Shown: positions 26,418 to 41,085 of the stretch, in pieces
How positions within the stretch are numbered: position 1 is the first letter of the stretch
Layout of the letters: every line of letters begins with the position of its first letter
Assembly: GCA_951406725.2 (NCBI GenBank)
Contig: OX597818.1
Coordinates: 55,490,001-55,554,000 of the forward strand
Direction: 5' to 3'
Length of the DNA: 64,000 nt
From: Octopus vulgaris
Taxonomy: Eukaryota
Translations under genes and position numbers: made by a program
Notes under the pieces: model-generated
What the model saw: the letters and a program-made list of their open reading frames with translations, nothing else
What the model was told of the DNA's origin: nothing
Database searches by the model: none

Positions 26418-26524
26418 CATATATATGTATGTACATATATATGTATGTACATATATATAAATGTATGTACATATATATATATACATATATGTATATATAT
26501 GTATGTATATATATATATATGTAT

Positions 26525-26525
<1 letters not shown>
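25877..26525. repeat. (TA/TATG)n compound microsatellite
   Basis: Directly visible. Confidence 0.95.
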
Positions 26526-26744
<219 letters not shown>

Positions 26745-27119
26745 ACCTGTATATGTATGTGTATATACGTATGTATGTACTTACGTGTGTGCGTGTGTAT
26801 GTGTGAAACATATTTTCTAAATTTAGTTTATGAAATTTTATGCCCCAAATATAGAACAAGAAAGCAATTATTTTAGAGTCTGATGCAGGCTTATCTACGA
26901 AGTTAAAGAATTCGTCTTGTAACCATATGATTCTAGGCTCGATTCCACTACGTAACACATTAGGGGAGACGTGTTGTTTTTTTTACCGTAGTGATGATAA
27001 AAAAATTTGGTTTACGGTTCGTCAGATAAATTCGTTCGTTTCTTTCCAATATTATCTGAGTCAACAAAATATATTTTTATAGGAGTGGTGCATGTTTTTT
27101 TTTTTAGGGTGGGGGTTTC

Positions 27120-27488
27120 GCCCGGCGAAATGCTTAGCGGTATTTCGTCTGCCTTTACGTTCTGAGTTCAAATTTCGCCGAGGTCGACTTTGTCTTTCAT
27201 CCTTTCGGGGTCGATTAAATAAGTACCAGTTACGCACTGGGGTCGATATAATCGACCCAATCCGTTTGTCTGTCCTTGTTTGTCCCTTCTGTGTTTAACC
27301 CCTTGTGGGTAGTAAAGAAATAGGTATTTCGTCTGTCTTTATGTTCTGAATTCAAATTTCCTCCGAGGTCGACTTTGCCTTTCATCCTTTCGGAGTTGAT
27401 AAATTAAGTACCAGTTGCGTATTGGGGTCGATTAAATTGACTGGCTCCCTCCCCCAAAATTTCGGGCCTTGTGCCTAGAGTAGAAAAC
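27120..27488 (+). mobile_element. Dimeric SINE-B
   Basis: Two bodies joined at GAAATAG|GTATTTC. Confidence 0.9.
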
Positions 27489-27677
27489 AATGTCCCCATA
27501 ATCAGGAAAAGTATCCTCATAAAATCACATTCTTGATACTTGATTTTATGAGAATACCTTTCCTGATGATGGCGACATTGTCCGCTTGGTTTGTAAGATT
27601 TTTTATTAATTGTTCTACCAGGATATGAACTCTGGAAAGTTGACTTCCTTGAACTGTATTATATACTTTATATACCA

Positions 27678-27973
27678 CTAGCAGTATCGCCCGGCGTTGC
27701 TCGGGCTTGTAAGGGAAATAACTATATAAGCATTTTTAGAGAGTTATAGCCAAAAAATAGCAAAAAAATGCATTAAAAATGGAAAAAAATTATGGTAAAT
27801 TTTTTTTTAAATCGTAGACTCATCGTAGACGCGCGCTAATACCCAGAAGGGCTCGATATGAATCACGACTATAAGATACCCGGTTTTGGTTAAACTGCAC
27901 CGCAAAATGTGGGAGTAGTTAGGAATCTGAATCGTAGGAGACAGACACACAACTTCACTTTTATATATAAAGA
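27678..27973 (-). mobile_element. Non-autonomous Helitron
   Basis: Minus-strand TC...CTAG, hairpin GCCCGGC-GTT-GCTCGGGC; removing it restores ATACCA|TTTAC, which also occurs intact at about 27998-28008. Confidence 0.88.
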
Positions 27974-28209
27974 TTTACAAACTGTTATAGAATATATATA
28001 CCATTTACAAACTGTATTATATACTTTATATACCATTTATATATTTTTAAAAAACACATCGAACTCTATGGATCTTTTAATTGAAACTTTTAACCACTCT
28101 TCATTTTACTATTTAAAATTATCAGTTTTCTAATTTTCTCTCACTTCCTTCCATACGCAGCTCACATGGGGTTTATTTACACGTATTTATATGTATTTAA
28201 ACTCTCTCT

Positions 28210-28438
28210 CTTTTTTACTCTTTTACATGTTTCTGTCATTTGACTGCGGCCATGCTGGAGCACCGCCTTTAGTCGAGCAAATCGACCCCGGGACTTATTC
28301 TTTTGTAAGCCCAGTACTTATTCTATCGGCCTCTTTTTGCCGAACCGCTAAGTGACGGGGACGTAAACACACCAGCATCGGTTGTCAAGCAATGTTGGGG
28401 GTACAAACACAGACACACAAACACACACACACACATAC

Positions 28439-28487
<49 letters not shown>

Positions 28488-28647
28488 TACGACAGGCTTC
28501 TTTCAGTTTCCGTCTACCAAATCCACCCACAAGGCATTGGTCGGCCCGGGGCTATAGCAGAAGACACTTGCCCAAGATGTCACGCAGTGGGACTGAACCC
28601 GGAACCATGTGGTTGGTAAGCAAGCTACTTACCACACAGCCACTCCT
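28210..28647 (-). mobile_element. Full-length SINE-A
   Basis: Sequence match to SINE-A. Confidence 0.92.
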
Positions 28648-28843
28648 ATATTATAAATATTATTAAAATATTCATATGTGTTGATCTGTATTAATATATG
28701 TATACGCATTTTAAGGCGAAATTATTAGTGTATGAGTATGATTGCCTGATTTGAGTTTAGATCTGAATTCCTATCTTTTGTCTCGGGTTCGACCCCTAGC
28801 TCTTCTTAAGCAGTTCTATATTTTTTCGTAAGAAAGAACAATA

Positions 28844-28942
28844 ATGTATGTATGTATGTATGTATGTATGTATGTGTGTATGTATGTATGTATGTATGTA
28901 TGTATGTATGTGTGTATGTATGTGTGTGTGTGTGTGTATGTA

Positions 28943-28975
<33 letters not shown>

Positions 28976-29052
28976 ATGTATGTATGTATGTATGTATGTA
29001 TGTATGTATGTATGTATGTATGTATGTATGTATGTATGTATGTATGTATGTA

Positions 29053-29083
<31 letters not shown>

Positions 29084-29130
29084 ATGTATGTGTATGTATG
29101 TATGTATGTATGTATGTATGTATGTATGTA

Positions 29131-29182
<52 letters not shown>
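28844..29182. repeat. (TATG)n/(TG)n microsatellite followed by a SINE-A tail fragment
   Basis: Directly visible. Confidence 0.95.
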
Positions 29183-29186
<4 letters not shown>

Positions 29187-29977
29187 TCCTCCCTCCCCAT
29201 TATTCCGGTAGAATATGTACAAGGCTTACGAAGAATAAGTCCTGGAGTCGATTTGCGCGACTAAAAAGGCGGTGCTCCAGCATGGCCGCAGTCAAATGAC
29301 TGCAACAAGTAAAAGAAAATCTAACGACGGAGTGCCACATAAAAACAAACAAACAAACAAATGCTGAGAAAACAACAAATTTATCTGGGAACTCGATATT
29401 CTCAAAGTGCAATGCAGTTGGTGTAAATTGTGCAGGAATTAAAAATAAAGATCGTAAACGGATCTGAAATGACAATAAAATGCAAAATAGGTAAATAAAA
29501 TAAAATAAAATAAAATAAAAACAAAAAGCAAAATCTGTCTCACGGAAAAATGTTACATAACACTCTCGGCCCATAGATTAAAGAGAAACTAAGCAAATCT
29601 TTTCAGCCGCTTTATTAAAGTGAACGACTTTAATACAATGCAACATAGTTTAAATACAATGGTTGCTATTATAGATGTGAAGAAAAAATCGTTTTATTAT
29701 TGAATCTCTTTATTGAATGAAATAAGGAAACAATACAAAGGACATTCAATCAATCGTTTATTGATGTTTTCCTGTGAATTTTTTTTCTGTGATTTCCTGT
29801 TTCGTAATGATTTTCCCTGTGACATCCGTATGTGTGTGTGTGTGTGTGTGAACGTGAGTGTGTGTGTGTTTGTGTGTGTGCGTGTGTTTGTAATAGAAGC
29901 GAGCTGTGAGAAATAACTCATAGCGACCATAAAACATGAATGTGAACAACGAAGGCGAAGCAGAACACACTGAATAC

Positions 29978-30974
29978 CAGGGGTTGTCAAAAATTTATTG
30001 GTCAAAAATTAATTGCAATAAATTAATTTACTGCTAAGCTCTTTTCAATTGCAATAATTTATTGCGAAGATTGCAATTAATTGCAAACTAATTCCCTTTG
30101 TTCGAGAAGTCTTTGGTAAAAAATACAAAATCAAAAAGGCCACTGAGCTGGCTGCAGGTGAAAAGGAATTTGTTGTAAGCTTAAAGCTGACCAATACACC
30201 AGAACAAGAAACGGTTTTGGACGATGAACCGGACAACTTCGCTTGCAATGTCCTCAAAAAGCGTCGAAGCGAGATGGGTGCCTGCCAACCAAGTTATATT
30301 AATACAGCATTCATTTCGCCAACGACTAACTTGGTTGAAAGGTTCTTCAGTGTAGCAGCGAATGCCTTCGATGATACAAGACATCACTTATCATCCGTAT
30401 ATCTGGAGATGCAACTGTTTTCAAGAGTATATGACCATCTTTGGGATAACGAACTTGTTTCACGTATCGTTTCATCCAATCCCCTCATGTAAATTGTTAA
30501 ATGCAGACTCATTTTAATTGCTAATAGTATGAAACCGTCCTTTTTCCATTCATGGTTTTTTTTCTGTCTTGATTGGGGTGGTATGGGCCCTAAGGGGAGC
30601 GTTGTAGGAATGTTTTTCCATCCTAGGTCATATCACACATTGGTGGTCGATTTTGTTATTCTAGCAGGCAGTGTGAGAATTTTTTGAAAATTGCGGGTGA
30701 TCCAAACATCTTTCGGACAGCAAAGAAATAGATCAACAAAAATTGAGAAAGTAGAGCTTTCATTAGAAATGTACTGTTATTTTTTTGCAAAAAAATGACA
30801 TTTTTGGAGGCGTAAAAATTTTACAAGGGGGTTTTCTGGAGAGCATTGCAATTTATTGCGACGAAAGAAAATTGTAATTAATTTATTGCAAAAACAATAA
30901 ATAAAATGCGATAAATTCTTTGCAACGAAATAAATTTATTGCAATCTCTGAAAATGCATTTTTGACAATTCCTG
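29978..30974 (+). mobile_element. Internally deleted hAT transposon
   Basis: TIRs CAGGGGTTGTCAAAAAT / ATTTTTGACAATTCCTG; 8-bp TSD CTGAATAC/CTAAATAC; ORF 30217-30492 has the hAT dimerisation motif SPTTNLVERFFS...LEMQLF. Confidence 0.88.
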
Positions 30975-32577
30975 CTAAATACCATGGAAGTATACTAAAA
31001 AAGCATGCTAAATACACGTCATTAATAAAACTCTTTTCGTGTAGGGACACGGTATTTCGTTATGCAATCATAATAAATAACAAAGTATATTAAATGTCTT
31101 TATAAGTCAATACCACGTTCTACTGTGTTAGCAGTGCTATTACGTCAATAGTTAAGATTATCACGACGGATTTTCTATAGAAATAACCTTAACAAGCTCT
31201 TTGCTTTGAAAAGTAATAAATGAAAACCATCAAGGAACAACTGAATGAGAAAGAAGGATATGTAAATCTTCAGGAACCAACTTCCAACCTCGTGAATTAA
31301 CATGTCAATAAAGAAAATACAATCCTTGTTTTCTTTTTGTTTCCCCGGAACAAAGACAACAGCTGTGAATACCTTTTCTGCCTCAATGATCCACGGGATA
31401 CATAAGAGGTAATTCCTTTAGTTAATCTGTCGTTCTGTCTCCCATGACATTTATGACCTGCTACCTGAACAGTTAGATAGAGAGGGACAACGAAGAAACA
31501 CAACAAAATCCTTGCAGCGATTTAAATTTCAATTCACGACCGATACCTCAAGCCCTCAGTTAACTCATCTCTCCACTTATCGAGCAATTATACATTGCAG
31601 TTTTCGAGCTAATTAGGGAAATACACGGTAGACATATAACAACCAAATCCAGCGTCCAATCACGTTATTTTATCTCTTCATGGCCAATACCTTATCTCCA
31701 TAATAAATTCACCTCATCATATATAGGGCAGAAACATTTTGCATGACAAATATACATTACAATTTTCAAGATAAGAAGGAATTCTAGAGTCGAGGCATAG
31801 CTACCAAATCTGGTGTCATTAACTTCTAAGTATATGTATACTATGATAAGGAAAGCTGCTTGCTAATTAGTTATGAGTATGTAACTTTTACTAACAGAAA
31901 CGAATTATTAAAGTTTACACTGCCGAGAAAACTCTTTAAAATTCTAATTTTAATATATTTTTATCAAAATGTGATTTTTAAATTGTTTTATTATTGAAGA
32001 TTTTAATTACATGATTCGATCAGAAATATATAGAATAAAGCACATTTTATTTAAGAATTGTATACTGTAATTGCCAAGATAAATGACGAAAGGTGTAGCT
32101 CTAAGGTTGCTTGACCAGTTAGAACATATCAGGCGAGAATACATTGGATAGTGTAGAATTTGATATGCAAACATGTAGACTTGTCGCAGATGGAACGTCT
32201 TTAAACACTGGTCTGTCTGCTTAATGATGCCTCTGTTTGGGGTTAAACGAAAGCAACAGCAACAACAACAACAACAAAATTTCTTGATGTATAATGTATA
32301 ACACGTAGCGTTGAGGAGTTAATATTTATGCTTGTGAAGACATGGAGGAAAAGAAAAAGAGAAGGAAAAAGGAAGAGAAGGGGCGGCGAAGGAGGAGGAA
32401 GAGAAGGAAGAGGTGGAAGGAAGAAGAGGGAAGAGGAGTAGGAAAAGAGAAGGGAGAAGCATGAGGAAGAAGAAGAGAAGGAGGTGGAGGGAGGAGAGAA
32501 GAAGAAGACGATGAGGTGATGGTGATGATGACCAACAAAATCAATAACAAATAATAACAAGAACTACAAAAATAAGA

Positions 32578-32960
32578 AGAGGTGATTGAGAAGTAGCTTG
32601 TTTACCAACCACATGGTTCCGGGTTCAGTCCCACTGCGTGGCATCTTGGGCAAGTGTCTTCTACTATTGCCTCGGGCCGACCAAAGCCTCGTGAGTGGAT
32701 TTGGTAGACGGAAACTGAAAGAAGCCCGTCGTATATGTATATATATATGCATGTGTGTGTTTGTGTGTCTGTGTTTGTCTCCCTAGCATTGCTTGACAAC
32801 CGATGCTGGCGTGTTTATGTCCCCGTTACTTAGCAGTTCGGCAAAAGAGACCGACAGAATAAGTACTGGGCTTACAAAAGTCCCGGGGTCGAGTTGCTCG
32901 ATTAAAGGCGGTGCCCCAGCATGGCCGCAGTCAAATGACTGAAACAAGTAAAAGAGAGAA
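32578..32960 (+). mobile_element. SINE-A copy
   Basis: Sequence match to SINE-A. Confidence 0.9.
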
Positions 32961-33583
32961 AGAGAGAGAAAAAGTTGCAGAATCGGAGCAAAATTCCCAA
33001 ACTTAGAAAATTCTTTGAAGGTTTCCAAGATATTTTTCTTACCAGTTTTATTCCTTATTAAGCTTTTGAAGTTCAAAACCTTTGACAACTTTTTCGATTA
33101 GTATTTTCTTAATTGCCTTTGTTAAACAACCATTCCGTAATATTAGAATCTTTTTCTGAGACGTTTATCAGTTCTTGGAAGAAATACTAAAACATATGGT
33201 AAAGATTGGTTTTTGAAATTATTTTCCATATTAAGCAAAACACTTTGAAAAATATTCTTAATCGTGTGTTCTAACGTTTCTTCTAATCTCTTTGATATTT
33301 CAACAGAAGTTTTCCACATGAAGGGTCATTATTGGATTGCGTAGATCTATACAAAGTACATCTCTGTTGAAAAATGGGTCGGTTCTGATAAGTTGAACCA
33401 ATTATATAAACTCATTGATATAAGAATGCATATGCACGTGTGTATGTGTGTATGTGCGTGAGTGTGTGTATGTGCGTGTGTGTGTGTGTGTTTGGATGCG
33501 TTTGTATATACAGTATAGATATTGGTTAGTTTAGATTTTTTAGTTTTAAGATATATCACGCGAATGATGCAACGTCAGCTTAC

Positions 33584-33646
<63 letters not shown>

Positions 33647-33840
33647 TACATATAAATGTGTGGGAGCCCTCTCCAAAGTAACATTAATAGCGAGTTGAGT
33701 CCCCCAGGGAACTGTCTTGGAGCCGCCTCTGTTCGTAGTAAACGTCTCCGTCACCCAGACAACCACACTCACTCGCTATGCATAGGGTTAATAAATACCT
33801 TGTGAGGGAATTTGATTGATATAAACCATGTGGAAGCCTG

Positions 33841-33891
<51 letters not shown>

Positions 33892-33924
33892 TATATGAAT
33901 ATATTGCATATATAGACACAAGTC

Positions 33925-34178
33925 TAGGTTGTTTATGGAAGACCAGCAGTATGCATACCGGCCTCCCTCTCCACGCCACCAGTGTTATCCAAGGAAAGAC
34001 AAAGGTCGATACAGCTTGGCACCTGTGACGTCGCAACTCATTTCTACAGCTGAGTGAACTGGAGCAACGTGAAATAAAGTGCCTTGCTCAAGAACACAAC
34101 ACGCAGCCCGGTCGGGATTCGAGCTCACAACCTCACGATCGTAAGCTCGACGCTCTAACCACTGAGCCATGCGCCTTC
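33925..34178 (-). mobile_element. SINE-D head with a tail different from the 6468 copy
   Basis: Minus strand GAAGGCGCATGGCTCAGTGGTTAGAGCG...CTTGAGCAAGGCACTTTATTTCACGTTGCTCCAG. Confidence 0.82.
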
Positions 34179-34197
34179 ATATATATATATTTATCAA

Positions 34198-34495
34198 AGA
34201 ACGGCATTGTGCGTCAGAAAAGTAGATATGATTTTTTTATCAAAGTTGTTTTATATTCTATAACTTTCACAGACAATAAATACAATATTATGTGTTATTG
34301 CCTGAGATTCTGGTGTAATTTGAGAGGATAATACAAAAGTTATGGATGATTTAGTGATTTACTGCAAAATCCATTACAACAAAATCTCAGACAATAACAA
34401 TTAATATTGTATTTATTGTCTGTGAAAATTATAGAATATAAAACTACTTTGATAAAAACTTGTACTTACTTTTCTGACGCAAACAATGCCGTTCT
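34198..34495. mobile_element. Foldback element with about 120-bp inverted arms
   Basis: AGAACGGCATTGTGCGTCAGAAAAGTA ... TACTTTTCTGACGCAAACAATGCCGTTCT. Confidence 0.82.
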
Positions 34496-34885
34496 GAACA
34501 TTTTGGCCGCAAATGTATATATACTTTGATACTTTGATAGGTTTCGGCCATTATTGGCCCAGGCCATGTCTAACTTAATAGCACCACCTGGTGCTATATA
34601 TATATGTGTGTGTGTATACCGTTCTGTCTGTGTGTGCGTGTAAAAGATCATAACGGCCGTATTTTTTAACTGATATTCTCCAAACTGGGAACATACATTA
34701 CTTATGTTCCAGGGACGGTTTAAGATTCTTAAAATTTTTCACATAATGAGTAACGGGCCCTTTGGAGCAAAAACTCCCGTTCCTGGGTTACGTGCAGAAA
34801 GGCGGTAACTCTTTACGAAGTAACTTTCAGAAACTGGTTGTCTCCATTACAGCCATTGGTCATTAAAAAATATTGCTTTTTATGC

Positions 34886-35266
34886 AAGCACTCCGTAGGT
34901 TACGACGACGAGGGTTCCGGTTGATCCGAATCAACGGAACAGCCTGCTCGTGACGTTAATGTGTAAGTGGCTGATCATTCCACAGACACGTGTACCCTTA
35001 ACGTAGTTCTCGGGAATATTCAGCGTGACACAGAGAGTGACAAGGCCGGCCCTTTGAAATACAGGTACAACAGAAACAGGAAGTAAGAGTGAGAGAAAGT
35101 TGTGGTGAAAGAGTACAGCAGGGATCACCACCATCCCCTGCCGGAGACTCGTGGAGCTTTAGGTGTTTTCGCTCAATAAACACTCACAACGCCCGATCTG
35201 GGAATCGAAACCGCGATCCTATGACCGCGAGTCCGCTGCCCTAACCACTGGGCCATTGCGCCTCCA
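34886..35266 (-). mobile_element. Full-length SINE-C with tail type A
   Basis: tRNA-Arg-like head; tail ends CGTCGTCGTAACCTACGGAGTGC. Confidence 0.92.
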
Positions 35267-35341
35267 TTGCTTTTTATATTAGATTCACGTCTTTGAAAGT
35301 TCTTAAAAACATTTACTTCCTGTTTTCTAACGCCAGCGACG

Positions 35342-35402
<61 letters not shown>

Positions 35403-35779
35403 CTTACCTATCTATCTTATTTGTCTAACTAGCTCGCTCTCTTTCTCTCCCCCGTCTCTATATCTCACTCACTCTCTATTGTTTTCACTTTCACTGTTCA
35501 CACTACTGTTCACGTCATCTGTGGATAAATTTTAAAATTGATGATATCACCAGCAATGACATAAGGGCATCGCAGGCGCAATATCATTAAATAGCTATGA
35601 ATTATAAATTTATACGAAGCGTAAGGATGCTTAACAAGCATCCACCTGCTAGAAATAAGAGCTAAAATCTTAAATTTATCCACCGTACCGCACTAAGATA
35701 ACAGAGAAAAGCAGTATGCGAGGAAAACAGAAAGGATTAAAACATTTAACAGCACAAATAAAAAATATTATGCAATTAA

Positions 35780-35858
35780 GGATTTTCACAAACCAGGTTT
35801 CGGCTTCTGAGTATTGAAACCCTGAGCCTCGTCAGTGTGGCCTACCGGGTCATAATCC
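35780..35858 (-). ncRNA. Type I hammerhead ribozyme with canonical core
   Basis: Minus strand CACA-CTGACGA-GGCT...AGCC-GAAA-CC-T-GG-TT-TGTG; distal GGATT/AATCC pairing extends helix I. Confidence 0.8.
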
Positions 35859-35874
35859 ATGGCACTCACACACA

Positions 35875-36202
35875 TTTCAGCTGCCCCCTTTTGAACTGTT
35901 GATAAAGCTGAAGCGTCATCCCCTAATGTTGCAAGCATGTCAGCATGAATGCCTTTTCGGGGTGGGGATCTCTTTTTCTGAAGGTACTTGATAAAATTAC
36001 CGTGCCAAATTTTGTCCATTTTCAGGAAAAGTTGCGACTTGTTTTTTTTTAAAGTGTTATTTGAACAGTCATATGTCAGTTGACATAAAAAGAGACAATT
36101 ATGTTATTAATAAAAAGGGTTGGAATTAATGCATGCAAGATTTTATAGTTCTACTATCACTCTTTCATAGTCAGTCTGTGAACTTTTCAGCCTACCCTCG
36201 TA
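35875..36202 (-). mobile_element. Mariner 5' fragment (TIR plus transposase N-terminus)
   Basis: TA-CGAGGGTAGGCTGAAAAGTTC terminus; ORF MDKIWH...IKYLQKK...IHADMLATLGDDASALSTVQK. Confidence 0.8.
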
Positions 36203-37629
36203 TGATGACTTACCAACCTCAAATGAATAACCCACCCCCTTAAGCTAAATTTAGAAATTATTTATTAGTTGTACTAACAAAATGATAGTCAACATTTACA
36301 TAGGGACAGGCAAACGCTACCGCAATAGAAAGCTGAATAAATACATCTATAAAAATTCCAGCTATTAGCGATAATAAGAACAGTTGTCGCTTGAATAAGG
36401 AGAAACTCTGGTCTAACTTTGAAGAGGAATATTTTAAATAGGGCAGCTATCTATTATAATGATGTCTCAGATAAGAGTGGTGTAATTGAAAAACAGGTAT
36501 AAATGAATAAATCTCTATCACCGTATAGAATCAGAAGAGAAAAGTTATCTAGTTTAATTCACCACACAGCCTAATTAAGATCAAGACTTTTCTGTCTCTA
36601 TTATTACGTTAATCCCCACCAATGCATACATACCATAAGCTTTTTAATTCGAATAATATCAATGTCAGTTATTCTTGTATGGAAAACATGACTCACCATA
36701 TCAAGAACTATAACCTCAAAAATCCGAACTACAGTCACCAGGCAACTTGTAATTATTAAATCATATCTATCAGGCAATCAGTGGAAATCTGTTTCTTTAA
36801 ACAAGTCAAACAAGCATAATACCTCCAACCTGCATTGAAAGTAGATGTGGTGATCTAGATAAAGGGAAAGGAGAAATCCTACAATTCATTTGAAAAGTCA
36901 GACACCAAGGACTGGCATTGTCTTCATTGACAGAGTTACCCAAATCTTCAAAGGACCACGAAACAGTAGGCTTTGTTTAACTGGAAGTTCTATACTCTGA
37001 ACCGGAAATGAATAATGTCCATTTGTTGTCACCGATGGAAACCGTGACTAGAAAATTTTCAGACATTAAAGGCCGAAATCATCATTAATCATTTTCAATT
37101 AACTTTGTAGAGTAATTGCTCTTGATGTCATTAGCCTTGAAGTGAACTGTCACCCTCTGCATCAGGGTAACATCAGAACAGAAGCAATAAATTTGATCTT
37201 ATGACAAATCAATGAGAATCGATCTCTACAGTGTTCTGTGGTGATAACACCGGACTCTGTTTTGCACATTTATTCATGCTATCGTCCTTCATCGCACGTT
37301 ACACAATGTGACATGGGTGGACATTTAAGTAAAAAATAAAATTCAGAGTGAAGAATCGAATCGAATCGAATATAATTCCGGTATTTTAGTCATCGAACCC
37401 AAAAGGACGAAACATAAAGATGACTTCTGCAAGATTCGAACTCAGAGAACTGGAATGAATAACTAAGCCAGTATTTTGCGATACTCATACGATTCTGCCA
37501 ATTCGCTTTCTTAGTAAAATGATAAGGGAATCGGAGAAATACATCTGCGAACTCTGACGAGATTCTTCGACGATGTTTATGTTTTACGAACGAGACAAAA
37601 TACTGTCATGTTGCCCCGTCAAAGTACAA

Positions 37630-37661
<32 letters not shown>

Positions 37662-37805
37662 CACATACACACACATACGCGCGCATACGCGCGCATACAT
37701 AAATACACCTTTATGTGTGTGTGTTTAGGTGTGGCAGATGAGCAGATGTTACCATCTGGGGTTAAAAAGAAACAAAGAAAACTGATACAAGCTACCATAC
37801 ACTTC

Positions 37806-37880
<75 letters not shown>

Positions 37881-38483
37881 CTACACACATGCATGCTTCA
37901 GTATAGTCTTCTACACACAACCAAATCAACGCTAACAGCCAGAGGTCTCTGTTGGATGTATACAGGTGCAACAGGTCCCAGCACGGTTTTGTTTGTCTAA
38001 ATTAAGAAATTCTCTTTGAAGTGACGCTATTACCATAGACTGTCACTCCCCCCCAACTTCGCCCCATCTTTAGCTCCTTATTTTGTTTTCATTTCTGTTT
38101 TCTAATATAAAGTGAGATAAAATGGCACAATTGAGAGAACACCGGACAAAATTATTTAGTGGGGTTTCTTTGTGATTTTGTGTTCAAAATGCTCCATGGT
38201 CGAGTTTACCGTTCATCATTCACAGATCGATAAAATAAATTACAAGAATAGGGCGGATGGGTGTGTGGTTAAAAAGTTCGTTCCTCAATCAAATGGTCCC
38301 GGATTTAATCCAACTGCACAATAATTTGGGCAGGTGTTTTCTGTCGTAACTTCGAAATGACCAATACCTTATGAGGGAAATTTGATTGACGGAATCTAGA
38401 GAGAAATGCAGTCACATATCTATCTGTCTGTCTGTCTCTTCATACATCTGTGTGTCGGTTTATCTATGTATATATTTTATTAT

Positions 38484-38629
<146 letters not shown>

Positions 38630-38724
38630 CTTATACATATATATATGTAAAATGTGACCGCGTGTATATCGTTGGCGATTTTTTTCCCTCCGTCTTCCCT
38701 TCTTTGGACCTTTCCTTTTCCTAT

Positions 38725-38759
38725 GTTTCTGACGAAGAGCTCCGCTCGAAACGTTAAAT
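38725..38759 (+). ncRNA. Minimal hammerhead ribozyme motif (Penelope-type, loopless helix III)
   Basis: GTTT-CTGACGA-A-GAGC-TCC-GCTC-GAAA-CG-TT-AAAT, inside a roughly 220-bp element bounded by TA-rich repeats. Confidence 0.72.
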
Positions 38760-38862
38760 CCTCCTTCTTTCTTTCCTTTCCTGAGCGTCCAATAACACTA
38801 TACTTGTTCCACGTTCTCGCGTTGTTGTGTTCTGTCTTTGTTTTCATGTTTGGATTAACTTC

Positions 38863-38932
<70 letters not shown>

Positions 38933-38941
38933 TGTAACGTG

Positions 38942-39303
38942 GCACTGTCGGTTACGACGACGAGAGTTCCAGTAGATCCGATCAACGGAACAGCATGCTC
39001 GTAAAATTAACGTGCAAGTGGCTAAGCACTCCACGGACAGGTGTACACTTAACGTAGTTCTCGGGGAGACTCAGTGTGACAAGAATGGCCCTTTGAAATA
39101 CAGGTACAACAGAAGTAGGAAGAAAGAGTGAGAGAAAGTTGTGGTGAAAGAGTACAGCAGGGTTCACCACCATCCCCTGTCGGAGCCTTGTGGAGCTTTA
39201 GATGTTTTCGCTCAGTAAACACTGACAACACCTGGTCTGGGAATCGAAACGGTGATCCTATGACTGCGACTCCGCTGCCGTAACCACTGGGCCATTGCGC
39301 CTC

Positions 39304-39305
<2 letters not shown>
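38942..39305 (-). mobile_element. SINE-C with tail type A
   Basis: Matches 34886-35266. Confidence 0.9.
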
Positions 39306-39381
<76 letters not shown>

Positions 39382-40083
39382 GAGTCCATTTTTTTAATAT
39401 ACGGTTTTTGACCAGAGAACGTATCTGAGAGAAGTTATTTTCCAGGACCGGATTAACACCCATATGAAGGCTTAAGAACTTTTGAACATTCTGGCACTTC
39501 TTTACCAATGAAATTCAAAATATAAACAATATTAAACCACAAAATGAATTTTAATTTTCAAAACGAAATAAAACTTACAGTAAAATGGAAAATAATGTTT
39601 ATAATTGAAAAGTTTTCGCCACTTTTTTAATTGCAAAGTCTTCAAACAGATCCTCACTATGATACCATAAAGATTTCGAAATTATATTTCCGATCATATA
39701 AGCCACTTCGAATAATATTTTAGCAAGTTAAAGTGATTTCTTTTGTACCATAAACCATTTACCATTTCTGCTGTCCCCTCCACTTCTCCTGTTGCTCTGA
39801 GCACATGCTTGTTTTACTTAACGGTTTTCTGTCATCGGTCCTTGGTCTTCAGGTTAATCCTAGACCTGGTGTGGCTTTCCTTGACTGACACTACGTGGCT
39901 GTCTCGCTATAATTGCTTTTAGTCGCTATAGTTTTATTGGAGTTCTTAGAGCACAATGGAGCGCAGCTCTGTAAATTATTTGCGAATGGAATGCGTGCAG
40001 TGTTTTGTTGTAAGTTTGGTCTTTTTATTGTATTGCAAAAGCCGAAAGTAATAAACTCGATCAAGGCTGATAAGGGACTAGAC

Positions 40084-40772
<689 letters not shown>

Positions 40773-41045
40773 GACTAGATTATAACAGCAAAATCTCATA
40801 TCCCCGACAGTGCCACAGGACACCATTACCATTACCACCAACATCACCAGCACCATCAGCACCACCTCCACCATGTCCCAGTCGATGCATCTCACCAAGT
40901 GACTTGACATAGTGAAAACAAGTTGGCAAGGTAGACACAACCTGATTGTCATTCACTTTCGTGACTGACGTCTAATGATGACAGGTGACAATCTCAGGAC
41001 CTTCTTCTCTCTCTCTCTCACTCTCTCACTTACCTCTCTCTCTCT

Positions 41046-41085
<40 letters not shown>

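Noticed and set aside
34500-34870. Possible Helentron/DINE-like element (hairpin TAGCACCA-CC-TGGTGCTA)
   Set aside because: Termini could not be defined and there is no second copy in the window.
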